Below, piece by piece: positions 38,805 through 51,289 of a DNA stretch of 64,000 nucleotides. The stretch is from contig CP068257.2 in assembly GCA_009914755.4 (NCBI GenBank), forward strand, positions 12,000,001 to 12,064,000. The letters are read 5' to 3'. The translations under genes were made by a program, and so were the position numbers. The first letter of the stretch is position 1, and each line of letters opens with the position of its first letter. The notes beneath the pieces were generated by a model. It was not told where the DNA came from. It was given only the letters and a program-made list of their open reading frames with translations, and did no database searches. Source of the DNA: the human T2T-CHM13v2.0 reference genome, Homo sapiens.

Positions 38805-41800
38805 GCCCCTGGCCCCTCCACAACCTGCGCTAGAAGAGCTGGGCCCTGGCTCTGGGCACCATGCAGCCTCTAAGGTGGGGCTGAGCGCCAGTTCCTGCCC
38901 TCCTGCAGCTGGGGACCAATACCCTGACTTAGGCGCTGTGGAGGCTTCTGGCCCAAGGGTCCGCACTGCTGGTGGCACTGGCAGGGTCAGAGTTTGCCAC
39001 AGCTGCTGCTGCGCGCCTTGTGCAGGTTACCACTGCAGCTGAACCTACAGCAGAAGCAGGCAGGGCTGGTCCCAGACAGCCTGGGGGTCTCTAAGTGCAG
39101 GGCCCTTTCACCCTAGAGTCAGCTCTTTCTTGCCGGCACCCATAGCGGGGTGTGCAGGCGCTGGGTACAGGGCAGCAGCCAGGAAATGGCTGAGCGGCCT
39201 GTTCCCGCCCTCCTGCAGCTGGGGCCTGACCACCTGAATTAGCCGCTGGGCGAGGTCTGGCCCTGGGATCCGCCTGGCTGGTGTAGGAGCACGGTCTGGG
39301 GTTGCCTCCAAGGCTGCTGCGCGCGCCATGTGCAGGCAAGGGTTTCCCAGACAGCCTCAGGGTCATGGAGTGGACCACTGTCCCAGCCTGGAGTCCGCTC
39401 TTCCTTTGCCTGCTCCCAGAGTTCCGGGTCGCGGGCACTGGGAACTGTGCCGCCAAGGGGACTGGGCCGAGGGCAAAGGTTTCTGCCCTGCTGCAGCTGC
39501 GGGGCTGACTGCCTGAATTAGGCGCTGAGGCGGCGTTGTCCCTGGTGTCCTGGCTCTTGGTGGTGCAGGCAAAGTGCCCGGTTGCTCTGCTGCTGCGGCG
39601 CCGTTGTACAGGTGGCAGCTGTAGCTGAGTTCTCAGTAGGGGCCGGCAGGGTTGGTCCTAGAAAGCGTGAGGATCGCCGAGTGCACTGCCCTCCCAGCCT
39701 AGGGTCCACTCTTCCTTGGCCCGAGCCCAGAGCTCGGGGTTTCAGGCGCTGGGCCCTGTGCAGCTGCCCAGAATAGGCTGAGCGGCAGGTTCCCGCCCTG
39801 GCAAGGGATCCAGCAGTGGAATCCTCACTGCTGTTGGCTGCGGGCAAGGTCAGCGGGGTTTCCATCGCTGCTGGTGGGAGCCACCTGGCGGTGGTAGCTG
39901 CAAGTGAGCGCGTGGCAGAGACTGGCAGGGCTGGTCCCAGACACCCTGAGGGTCTCTGGGTGCATCGCCCTACCACCCTAGGGTCTGCTCTTCCTTAGCC
40001 TGCTCCCAGGACGCGGTGTACGAGGGCTAGACTCTGAGCAGCCTCCAGGATGGGGCTGAGCAGCGGATTCCTGCCCTGCTGCAGCTACAGTCTGAATTAG
40101 GCGCCACCGCAGTATCTGGCCCTGGGGTACGTGCTACTGGGTGGCATGGACAGAGATGGGGGCTGCCACAGCTGCTATGGGGCTGAGCAGCCGATTCTCG
40201 CCCTGCTGCAGCGGGCGACCGCTGCAATCCCCAGCGCTATGGGACCGACCACCTGACTTAGATGCCTTGGAGGCATCCGGTCCTGGGGTCTTGCTGCTGG
40301 TGTCTGCGGGCAGGGTCACGGCTGCCACTACTACTGCTGTGCGCCATGGGCAGGTGCCAGCTGCAGCTGAGTCCGAGGCAGATGCTGTCAGGGCTGGTCT
40401 GAGGTTGCCTAAGGGTGGCTGAGTGCACCACGCTTCCACCCCAGGGTCCGTTATTCCTAGGCCGGCTCCCAGATTGCAGGGTTGTGGGCGTTGGACACTG
40501 TGCAGCCATGAGGATCTGGTTGGGTGCAGATTCCCGCCCTCCTGCAGCTGAGAAGCCAATCTCATAACAGGCGCTGCAGTGACCTCTGGCTCTGCGGTCC
40601 GCGCTGCTGCTGGAGCTGGCAGAGAACAGAGCTGCCACCGCTGCTGCTTCCAGGAGTGTGCAGCTGGCAGCTGCAGCTGAGCCCGTGGCGGAGGCTGGAA
40701 GGCCTTATTCCAGAAGCCTTGAGGGTCCCCGAATGCACCGCCCTCCCACCCTAAGGTCCAGTCTTCCTTGCCCGCGCCCAGAGAGTTGGATTGCAGGCGC
40801 TGAGCACAGTGCAGGTGCTGGGATGGGGCTAAGCTGAAAGTTTCCGCCCTCTGGCTGCTGCGGGGCCGACAGCCTGAGTTATGCGCCGCGGCGGCTTTTG
40901 GTCATGGGATCCGCACTGCCGGTGGCTTGCACAGGGTCGGGGGCTGCCACAGCTGCTATAGTTCACCGTGTGCACGTGGCAGCCGCCCCTGAGCCCACCG
41001 CTGAGGCTGCAGGGCTGGTCCGGTCCCAGACGGCCTGAGGGCCATTTGCCCGCGCCCAGATCCGGGTGGCTGCGCTGGGCACTGTGCAGCCTCCCGGAAT
41101 CCGCTGAAGGGCACGTTCCCGCTCTCCTACAGCTGTGGGCCGACTGCCTGATTTTGGCCACTAGGTGGAGTCTGGCTCTAGGGTTTCGAGGCCGCTGGTG
41201 TTGGTGGGCGGAGTCCGGGTTTGCCACCGCTGCGCTCCATGAGCAGGTAGCAGCTGCAGCGGAGCTTTAGACCGAGGCTGGCAGGGCTGGCCCCAGACGG
41301 CCTGAGGGTCAGGGAGTGCAGGGTCCTCCCACCCTAGGTCCGCTCTTCCTTTGCCCTTACCCAGAGCGGGTTGTGCGGGCTCTGGGCTCTGTGCCGGCGC
41401 TGGGCTCTGTGCAGCCGCCGAGATGGGGCTGAGCAGCGGATTTCCTCCCTGCTGCAGCTGGAGGACGATTACCTGCACTAGCCGCTGAGGCGGCATCTGG
41501 CCCTGGGTTACTGCAGCTGGTGACGCGGGCAGGGTCAGGGTTGGTTGCAGGTGGCAGCTGCTGCTAAACCCATTGCGAGCCTCAGGGTCACCAAGTTCAC
41601 CGTCCTTTCATCATAGTATCTGATCTTTGGCCCGCGCCCAGAGTGCGGACTGGCCTGCGCTGGGGACTGCATAGCTTCTGGGGGCCGGTCAGCGCCAGTT
41701 TCACGTCCTCCTGCAGCTGCGTGGCCTAAGGTCTTAGGCGCCGCGGCGCTATCTGGCCCTGCTGTCGACGCTGCTGGTGGTGGGGACAGGGTCAAGGGTT

Positions 41801-42150
41801 GCCACTGCTGCTCCCGTGCGCCATCGGCAGGTGGCAGTTGCAGATGAGCCCACAATTGAGGCTGTTGGGGCTGCTCCCAGGTTGTTAGAGGGTCGCCGAG
41901 TTCACCGACATGCCACCCTAGGTTACGCTCTTGGCCCGCACCCAGAGCGCCGGGTTACGGGTCCTGGGCCCTGTGCAGCCACGGGGATGGTGCTGAGTGC
42001 AGGTTCCCGTCTTCCTGAGATGCGGGGCGACCACTGGAATTAGCCTCTGTGGTGGTATCTGACCCTAGGGTCCGAGCTGCTGGTGGCGTGGGCGGGGTCG
42101 AAGTCGCCTCTGTTGCTGCGGCGTGCCATTTGCACCGTCCTCTGGTACAG
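38805..42150. repeat. GC-rich macrosatellite-like tandem array, unit ~270-345 bp, ~11 diverged copies
   Basis: Landmark motif ctgagc(a/g)gc(g/c)..ttcc(c/t)gccct(c/g)ctgcagctg(g/c)gg recurs at ~38877, 39190, 39470, 39780, 40050, 40530, 40830, 41110, 41430, 41690, 41995. Also recurring: ctgaattaggcgctg, ggtccgctcttcct, ggctgccacagctgct. Copies look ~70-85% alike by eye. Confidence 0.8.
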
Positions 42151-45100
42151 GCTGGTCTGTGCTGTGCATGGTCAATGTAGTCTTCTCTGGGCATTCTTCA
42201 CAGATATCTGCTGGCATGGCTCATCTTCTCTTTGATTTTGCATGTATTGTCACCCACTGATGAAGTTTCTGGTCACCTGCCATTTTCCTCTAGCCACCAA
42301 GACCTCACATTCTGAGGCCAGCATGTCCCACCAGGGGCCCCCACTGGCCCTGTCAAACCAGTTGTGAGTCCCCCTCCCACCAAGCTTGGAGAGACTGGCT
42401 TTTCAGACAGCACTCACAAGCTGAGAGTAAGGGAATTGATCTCTTAGGCACTTCCCCCTGTCCTGCCACTCTGTCATTCCTGGAACACCCTATGTGCACT
42501 AGAGAAGTAAGACATCAGCCTGCATATTTTCTCATCTTTCTTTAACTGTCTATTTTTTCCTATCTATCTGTATGAGTGAGTCCCAGGAAGATGTTGGGGC
42601 TGAATACCTGATCAGAGACACAGGCAGAGCCATAGTCACATCTCCTGGGAACTTTCTTCTTCCTGTGTAATTAAAAGCTCTTCTCTTCCTCTTGTTCATA
42701 GAAATTCCCCTTACACTAAACCTTTGAAACCATCCCCTCAGCTTGATAAAATTTTAGACAGGATTATTTCTGATTCTTGGCTCCTGGCCTCTTTTATTAG
42801 CATATTTTAGAAATGTTATCATTGTAAATTCTCTCTCTGCCTCTTTGATATATAAATCTTTTTAAGAGCCCATCTGCCAGTTTTACACTTCAGAAATGTC
42901 CATTTCAAGGACCTCAGAGCCATTCCTTTGAAATGTAATCCTCAAGAAAGATAACACCATTATCTCCCAGACTCCATAAGAGAGTAAGAGCCAAATTATG
43001 GTGGGCATATTGCTCTGATTTGTAAAATTACCTTCTGTCATAAAGATAAGATAGTTTAATGTTCCTTTGGAAAAAGACAACTGTCAAAAACAAGTGGCCT
43101 ATGATCACCCCCTCATCCCAGCTCTTAAAATCTCTACTGCTGTTTGTTTCAGTGGAGCTGAGTTCAGACTAAGTTCTGGCCTCTTTGTCCTTTTGCAATA
43201 GCCTTCAATAACAGCTTTTTTATGTGTTTAACTTTGTCTGGTGCAATTGTTTTCTTTGACACTTTCCACCCTAACTAGAACTTCCATTAAAGTCATAGTA
43301 GGATTCAAGGCAGCCAAACTCGACTCACATACGTAAAAAAACTTCTTAGGATGTAGAAACCCATATTCTCTTCAATAAATTGTTTCTTCAGACCATTGCC
43401 TTATTAAAAGTTTCTAGTTCTTATTTTGGCATTGAAAAGCAGAACACCAATTTTTAAATAAGTCTCTGCTCACTTTTAATTTCTGCTATAACAATTTTAT
43501 TGCTTTCCATGGCTGAACAACGAGAAGACCAGAACACAATTTTAAATTAAATTTTATTTAATTTTTACTATTACAATTTTATTTCTTTCTCTGACTGAAA
43601 GAAGAAAACTCGAATAAAGTAGTCTAGTGTATAAAGTGAAGACTAGAACAAAGAATAATGTCTTATTAATACATTTCAGAAAGTTACCTCCATTTAACAT
43701 CAATGGTGTCATTTAATATTCTTAACTTTCCTATCAAGTAGATGCTATTATTATCTCTATTTTATAGGATATTAAGTCTTATATATTATACATAACCAGC
43801 TGAAGGTCATGTAGCATGTAGATATGATAGGAATACAAAGAAACAATGACATTAGAAGCAGAGGAGGGAGAAGGATTACAAGGCTAAACCTAGGTCAGTT
43901 AAGAGAAAAAGAAAAACTAGGAGAAGACAAATTCTTGTTAGAAAAAAAAAAATGATTGAGGCAGAGCAAGACAGTGGTGCAGACCTCTCCAGCTATCGTA
44001 CCCCTATAGAAACATCAATATGAACAACTGTCCACATGTGAAATTACCATTACAAGAGCCAACAGAACCTCAATACATGAACAAGGTTATGAAGCACCTT
44101 TAGCCTGTGAAGATGGGTGAAACCATGGCTTATGCAGTGAGAGAACCAATACTCTGTGACTGTGATACTCTTCCCTCAGGCCGTTATGGTACCATCTGCA
44201 GAAACTCCCACAGGGCTTATAGTTTTTACACTGAAGAAAGTGAGCAGGAGTTTGATATTTGTTTTTTCCACTATATTGAGTTCTTTCACAGTAGCCTCAC
44301 TCCTGTATCAGCCCACAAGTGGCACCATGAGTGCCAAAAGGGATGAACCACCTGAGGCATGTTAATGACATAAGAGGAGGTGGGGCCAGCGACAGCCACC
44401 ATGTGAAACATAATACACAGACTCTACAGGCTTGACGGCCTGACTTGTTCTCCCCCATAGCCAGGGGCTCCCTGTGGATCACCCATGGGCCCAGCCAGCA
44501 AATGTTGCATCAGTGGAGCCATTGGAAGACTTACGTCTAACATGGGATTTGGGCTCTCTCTAACGTTAAACTGGAATACGATGATAAGTCCACTCAAAAT
44601 TTCTTAATAGGCCCACTTAAAAGTAGTCACAAGCAAACCCAGACTGAGAAGACTCAAATAAACATCTAATTCATCAATGTGTAGACAGAGATGTATATCT
44701 ACATATAATAATGATAGCTTAGGAAAAGTTCCCTCTCCAAATGGACAAAACAAGGTGTCAGCAACTGAACTTAAAGACATACAGATGAATGATCTGGCAG
44801 GCAAATAATTCAAAATGGCTGTCTTAAGAAGAGCCTGAACACTGAGAAGCAGAGACACAATTCAGAAATTTACCAGAGAAATTCAACAAAGAAATCAAAA
44901 TAATGGGAAAAATCACATGTAAACCCTGGAGCAGGAAAGTTCAATGAACACATTGAAAATCCAACGGAAGCCATCAACAGAAGGAAGAACTGATCAAGCA
45001 GAAGAAAGAAACATTGAGCTCAAACAACAGGCTCTTTGAAAATACATGGTCAGAGTAAAATGAAAAAAAAGAATGAAAAGAAACAAAGAAAGTTTATGAG

Positions 45101-47482
45101 ATTTGTGGGACACCAACAAAAGAGGAAATCTACATATCATTGGTGTTAAAGTGGAACTAAGAATGAAAAAGAGATAGTTTATTCAAAGAAATAACAGAAA
45201 ACTTTTTAAACCTGGAGAAAGATTAAAATGTTTAGGATGGTCAAAGTGCCCAATCATATTTAATCTGAATAAGACAACCAAAGACATATTATAATTAAAC
45301 TCTCAAAGGTCAAAGACAAAGAGAAGACCCTGAAAGGACTAAGAAAAAGGAAACAACACATAAGAGAATTCCATTATGCCTGGCAGCAGACTTCTCAGCA
45401 GAAGCACTACAGGCCAGGAGAGAGTAGGATAATAGATTCAAGTGCTGAATTAAAAAAACTGTCAACCATGAATAAAGTATCCAGCATAGCTATCATTTAG
45501 AAATAAAGGAGAGATTGAAACATTCTCAGACAAACAAAAAGCAAAGGAATTCATTGTAATCAAACAAGCCTTACAAGAAATGCTAAATATTGTTCTTCAA
45601 ACTGAAAGGAAATGGCAGCAATATGTAGCACAAAAAATCTGAAGGTATAAACCCACAGATAGAAGTGAGGATTCAGACAAATTTGGAATGCTCTAATACG
45701 GTAATAATTGGATGTAAACCACTTATATATCCTTAGTAGGAAGGTTAAAATACAATACAAATAAAATAATAATTACAATAATTTGTTAAGGAATAGAATT
45801 ATACAAAGATGTAAATTAAGACATCAAAAATGCAAAATGTGAGGGAGTGATGAAGTTAAAGAGTAGAGTGGTTTCTTTTCCCCTTTTTTTGAATCAAAAT
45901 TAAGTTGCTATCTCTTTAAAATAACTTACTGTAACCATAAAATGTTCTTTGCATGCCTTGTGGTAACCACAAAGCAAAAACTTTTAATAGATACTTTAAA
46001 AATTAAAAAAAAAAGAAACCGAAACACACTGATAGAGTAAATCACTTAATCACAAAGGAAGATAGTGAAATCAATCAATCAATCAAAGTATAAATTTTTA
46101 AAAAACATGAAAACAAGTAATAATATGGCAGGACCAAGTCCTTGCCTATGAATAATTATCTTGTATGTAAATGGATTATCCCATTTAAGACATATAATGG
46201 CTACACTGATTAAAAACAAGACCTAACTATAAACTTTCTACAGGAAATTCACTTCATCTGTAAATACACACATAAATTGAAAGTGATCAGATGGAAAAAT
46301 ATATTTCATAAATATGGAAACCAAAAGAAAGCCGGTATAGATATATTTATATCAGATAACATATACTTCAAGCAAAATCCTATAAAAACAGACAAATATG
46401 GCCATTATATAATGATAAAGGGGTCAATATCACAAGATAATATAATTGTAAATATATATGCCCTCTATATTGAAGCCCCTAAATATATAAACCAAACATT
46501 AATAGATCTAACAGGAGAAACAGCAAGCAATAAAATAATAGTAAGAAATCTAAACATTCCACTTTCAGCAATAAACAGATTATCAAGACAGAAGATCAAC
46601 AAAGAAACATCATATTTAAAATGAACTCTAGACCAAATAACTTAGTAGTCATTTACAGAACATGTTATCCAACAATTGCATAATTCAGTCTTCTCTACTG
46701 CGCATGGAACATTTTCCATGATGGATCATATATTAGGCACAAAATGAGCCTTAGCAAATTCAAAAAAGATCAAAATTATATCACGTCTTTTCTGACAATA
46801 TAGAATAAAACTAGAAATAAACAACAAGAACTTCAGAAATTGTGCAAATACATACAAATTAAACAATGTGTCCTTAAACAATGGGTTAAAAAATAAATTT
46901 TGTTTCATTTTAAAATTTCTTAAGACAAATGAAAATGAAATCAGAACATATAAAAACTTAAGAAATACAGCAAAAAAAGTCCTCAGAGGGAAGTTTGCAG
47001 AAATACATTTCTATATGAAAAAAAGAAAACTCTCATTAATAACTTAAGAATGTATTTCAAGGAATCATAGAAACATGAACAAACTAAGCCCCAAATTGGT
47101 AAAAAAGAATACAAATAATAAAGAATAGAGCACAAATAAACAAAATGGAGACAAAAATATGAAAGATCAATGAAATGAAAAGTTATTTTTTGAAAAGATA
47201 AACACAATCGATATGTATTTAGTCAGATTAAGAAAAAGAGAAGATTCACATAAATAAAATCAGATGAAAAAAGACATTGAAATGGTTACTACAGAAATAC
47301 AAAGAATCATGAGAAAGTACTACAATTATATGCCAATAAATTAGAAAACATAGAAGAAATAAATAAGTTTCTGAACACATATAACCTATCAAAATTGAAG
47401 AATGAAGAAACACAAAATGCAAACAGACCAATAACAAATAATGAGATTGAAGCATTGTCTCTCAATACAAGAAAATCTGGAG

Positions 47483-47770
47483 GGCCTGTCACAGTATCTC
47501 ACACATGTAAACTCACACTTTGGAGGCCATGGCAAGAGGATTACTTGAAGCCAGAAGTTCCAGATTAGCCTGGGGAACATAGTGAGACCCAGTCTTTACA
47601 AAAATAAAAATAAAAATTAGCCAGGTGTAGTGGTGTGCACTTGCAGTCCTAACAACGGGAGGCTGAGGCAGGAGGATCACTGAAGTCCAGGAATTTGAGG
47701 CTGCAGTGAGCTATGATTGCACCACTGCACTCCAGCCTGAGTGACAGAGGAAGACCCTGTCTCTAAACCA
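47483..47770 (+). mobile_element. Alu SINE (sense), nested in the L1
   Basis: ggcctgtcacagtatctcacacatgtaaactcacactttggaggccatggcaagagg...gcactccagcctgagtgacagaggaagaccctgtctc. Confidence 0.85.
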
Positions 47771-47774
47771 AAAA

Positions 47775-47839
47775 TATTTAATAAGAAGAAGAAGAAGAAA
47801 GAAAGAACAAAAGAAAGAAAGAGAAAGAAAGAAAGAAAG

Positions 47840-47874
<35 letters not shown>

Positions 47875-47925
47875 GAGAAAGAAAGAAAGAAAAAGAAAGA
47901 AAGAAAAGAAAAGAAAAGTAAAGTT
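47775..47925. repeat. (GAAA)n/(AAAG)n microsatellite grown from the Alu tail
   Basis: aagaaagaaagagaaagaaagaaagaaag... Its translation gives the KKKERKRKKER ORF at 47741-47950. Confidence 0.9.
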
Positions 47926-49082
47926 CAGGATCCGATGCTTACACTGCTGAATTCTTCAAAACATTTAAAGAGGAACTTATAGTAATTATTTACAAATTAT
48001 TACAAAAAAAGTGAAAAGGAGGAAACTCTTCCAAACTCATTCTATGAAGACACAATTACCATATTCCAAAATGAGACAAGAACAGTAAAAAACTAAACTA
48101 CAGGCCAATATCACTGATGAACATGAATGCAACAATTCAAAACCAGCAATGCTAGCAATCATAATTTGGAAGTGCATTAAAAAGATGATTCACCATAATC
48201 AGGTTGTATTTGTTCCAGGGAGGCAAGGAGGGCTTATGATATGTCAATCAATAAATGTGATACACCACATTTGATAAGGGAAGATAAAAAAATAGTCATT
48301 TAAATAGATACAGAAAAAGTATTTGACAAAATTCAATGTTTTTTGTAAACATAAGATCTCTTAACAAATTAGTTATAAAAAGAACATAGCTCCATAAAAT
48401 AAAGGCCATATATGATAACCCACAGCCAACATGATACTGAATAAGGAAAAATTGAAAACTGTGTCTCTAAGGTCTAGAACAAGACAAGGATGTTCACTTT
48501 AATAACTTCTCTTCAACATAGCACTGGAAGTCCTAGCCAGAGCAATTAGGCCAGCAAAAGAAAAGACATCCAAATTGAAAAACAAAAATAAAGTCAAATT
48601 GTCCCTGTTTGCAGATGACATGATCTTATGTATAAAAAACCCTAAATACTCTACTGAAAAAACAGAAATAGTAAATGAATACAGTAAAGTTTTAGAATAC
48701 AAAATCAGCATAGAAAAATCAGTCGCATTTCTATACCCAACAGCATACCATCTGAAAAAGGAATCAAGAAACCAATCCCATTTAAAATAGCTATAAAAAA
48801 ATGCCTGGGAATAAACTAAGCCAAATAAATATGTCTAAAATGAAAACTATAAAACATTGATAAAAATCAATTGAAAAAGATACAAATAAAGGGAAAGTTA
48901 TCCCATTTTTATGAATTAGAAGTATTAATACTGTTAAAATGACCATCATACTCAAATCAGTCTATAGGTCCAATACAATCTCTAACAAATTTCCAATGTA
49001 ATTCTTCAGAGATGTTAAAAAAGGTTTTAAAAATCGTTCTGCGGATGTTAAAAGGATTTTTAAAACGCTTTTTTCGTTCTGC

Positions 49083-49960
49083 AGGCGAAGGCTGTGGCCG
49101 TGCTCCCGCCGGCCAGTTCCCAGCAGCAGCGCATTGCCCCTGCTCCACGCCTTCGCTCCAGGCCCGCAGGGGCGCAGCCCCGCGGGAATCAGCACTGAGC
49201 CGGTCCCGCCGCCGCCCCAGTGTCCGGGCTGCGACTGCGGGGAGCCGATCGCCCAGCGATTGGAGGTGGGCGACGAGGCCTTCCGCCAGAGCGAGTACCA
49301 GAAAGCAGCCGGGCTCTTCCGCTCCACGCTGGCCCGGCTGGCGCAGCCCGACCGCGGTCAGTGCCTGAGGCTGGGGAACGCGCTGGCCCGCGCCGACCGC
49401 CTCCCGGTGGCCCTGGGCGCGTTCTGTGTCGCCCTGCGGCTCGAGGCGCTGCGGCCGGAGGAGCTGGGAGAGCTGGCAGAGCTGGCGGGCGGCCTGGTGT
49501 GCCCCGGCCTGCGCGAACGGCCACTGTTCACGGGGAAGCCGGGCGGCGAGCTTGAGGCGCCAGGCTAGGGAGGGCCGGCCCTGGAGCCCGGCGCGCCCCG
49601 CGACCTGCTCGGCTGCCCGCGGCTGCTGCACAAGCCGGTGACACTGCCCTGCGGGCTCACGGTCTGCAAGCGCTGCGTGGAGCCGGGGCCGAGCGGCCAC
49701 AGGCGCTGCGCGTGAACGTGGTGCTGAGCCGCAAGCTGGAGAGGTGCTTCCCGGCCAAGTGCCCGCTGCTCAGGCTGGAGGGTCAGGCGCGGAGCCTGCA
49801 GCGCCAGCAGCAGCCCGAGGCCGCGCTGCTCAGGTGCGACCAGGCCCTGTAGCTGTGACTTGGCTGTGGGGCTGGCCCGCCTCCCTGACCCCTGTCAGGC
49901 GGAGCAGCTGGAGCTGACCCACGGGCCTGGGCTTTCGAGCGCTTTGTCCAGGCGCTAATG
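49083..49960 (+). pseudogene. LONRF2P: LONRF2-like 5' coding-exon fragment (N-terminal region + first RING finger), CpG-rich. Looks like an unprocessed duplicated fragment with an in-frame stop and frameshift.
   Basis: ORF 49134-49568: ...EPVPPPPQCPGCDCGEPIAQRLEVGDEAFRQSEYQKAAGLFRSTLARLAQPDRGQCLRLGNALARADRLPVALGAF...LRPEELGELAELAGGLV..., then ...LLGCPRLLHKPVTLPCGLTVCKRCVEPGP...LQRQQQPEAALLRCDQAL. This matches my recollection of the LONRF2 N-terminus. Beyond ~49960 homology is lost; aag|gtgaaaggtggg donor-like and ttttgtcttttccag|g acceptor-like sites follow, consistent with genomic rather than mRNA origin. Confidence 0.55.
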
Positions 49961-51289
49961 ATGGGAAGGTGAAAGGTGGGGGTGGCCACACCCTGCAGTC
50001 AGGGTGGCAGGTGTCAGAGGCCACATGCAACCCACTGGTTTTGTCTTTTCCAGGATGCTGATAAGTTTCCCGCGGCCCCCGGAGCAGCTCTGTAAGGCCC
50101 TGTAATTGCCTTTCGTTCCCTTCTGCTCTATTGAGGAGTGGGAAGATGACAAAGTGTTTTTGCTCAACCCGAAGGAAAATGCACATGGGAGGACACACCG
50201 GGTTACTATTTGAGTAGCCCAGACAGGAGAGCAGCGGTCTGCTTCAGCCATGAGACCACCTCAGGCGAAAATAGACTTGTGGTTGTTTTACTTCTTTTCA
50301 CCAAATGGGTCTTTTTGGGGTTTGTGGTGTGTCCCATGTAACGATGATCTCTTGGTTCCCCTTTCTCATTCACACCCGGGAGCTGAGGTGGGGGGTGGGG
50401 GGCAGGGAGTGGCCACCTGCGCCAGGTGTGAGAGAAGCCACACCTGAGACCAGCCCCTCTGTCCTCCTGCCTCTGCATCGAGCGTCCCTGCAGGAGGCAG
50501 AAGGGGTGAAAAGTAGCCTCGATATTAAAGTGCTTGTGTGTCCCTGAGGGGGTAAGCAAGTCACAGTCGGGACACTGGTTCCTGTCATCAGGTGTAGCAC
50601 AAAGAAGGACCCCAGGACATGGGGTGCAGAAGGGAGCACAGAGAGGGTGGGTGCTACTGGGGTGCACAGGCAGCTTGAGGAGGATGCAGATGGCAAACTT
50701 CCCTTTGTCACGCCAGGTGCATGTTTAGGGCCGGAGGACCACCAGATCCCCAAAGCCTCCGGTGCTTCTGAGGCAGAGGAGAGGCAAGGCCAGTGGCTAC
50801 CGGTGTCCAGGGACCTGGCAGCCACCACTGAGGCCTATCTGCTTGTCCCTCAGCCCACTGGCGGCCACACTCCAGGTCTCTGGGCTCTGCCTAGGACGTG
50901 TGTTTGGGCTTCTCTCCCGAGCAGAAATCATCTGCGTACCCTCTGCATCCCATGGATTTGCTTTGTTTCTGAGGGAATAATTAAGGAATGTTAGTATGAC
51001 ATCCGAAAATAGCTAATTATGGTGAAGAGCTAACAGGGCGATCTGGGAAGTTGTGGAGCTCTAGTTAGTGATGACAGAAGAGGAACATATTTGACTGTTT
51101 TGTGCTACACCCAGGTTCTCAGGAGGTGGCAAGGGAGGAGACTTGGCACTGTGCCATGCTCAGAGCCCCTGGTCCCAGGGACTCTGTTTCCCTGTGGGAG
51201 TTTGGATGAGAGACAGTTGGCTGGGAAGCTCAGGGTGGAGTGAGGAAGAACAAGTTGAGGTTCTTGGGTTGGAAAGATCTAGTACCCCA

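Larger units (their letters stand above)
44600..49082 (+). mobile_element. Old L1 (L1M/L1P-like), ORF1 + ORF2, sense. 5' limit uncertain (possibly ~43900). 3' side cut off within ORF2 at the junction with the LONRF2-like segment. Contains a nested Alu and (GAAA)n.
   Basis: ORF1-like region ~44900-45700 (...RIPLCLAADFSAEALQARRE...). ORF2 endonuclease remnant 46277-46624 (MKVIRWKNIFHKYGNQKKAGIDIFISDNIYFKQNPIKTDKYGHYIMIKGSISQDNIIVNIYA...). RT region ~48150-48790 (IHHNQVVFVPGRQ...SLFADDMILCIKNPKYSTEK...). Last L1 homology ...ccaatgtaattcttcagagatgttaaaaaagg ends ~49050-49082. Confidence 0.7.

Noticed and set aside
38767-42194. Dense 60-150-aa ORFs on both strands inside the ~300-bp array
   Set aside because: GC-rich tandem repeat artefacts. 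Translations are low-complexity Ala/Gly/Pro/Arg-rich and mutually overlapping.
47741-47950. Lys/Glu/Arg-rich ORF (KKKKKERTKERKRKK…)
   Set aside because: Direct translation of the (GAAA)n microsatellite.
48957-49700. 247-aa minus-strand ORF and other overlapping ORFs across the LONRF2-like segment
   Set aside because: Only the + strand frame 49134-49568 shows LONRF2-like sequence. The minus-strand ORFs are GC-composition artefacts antisense to it.
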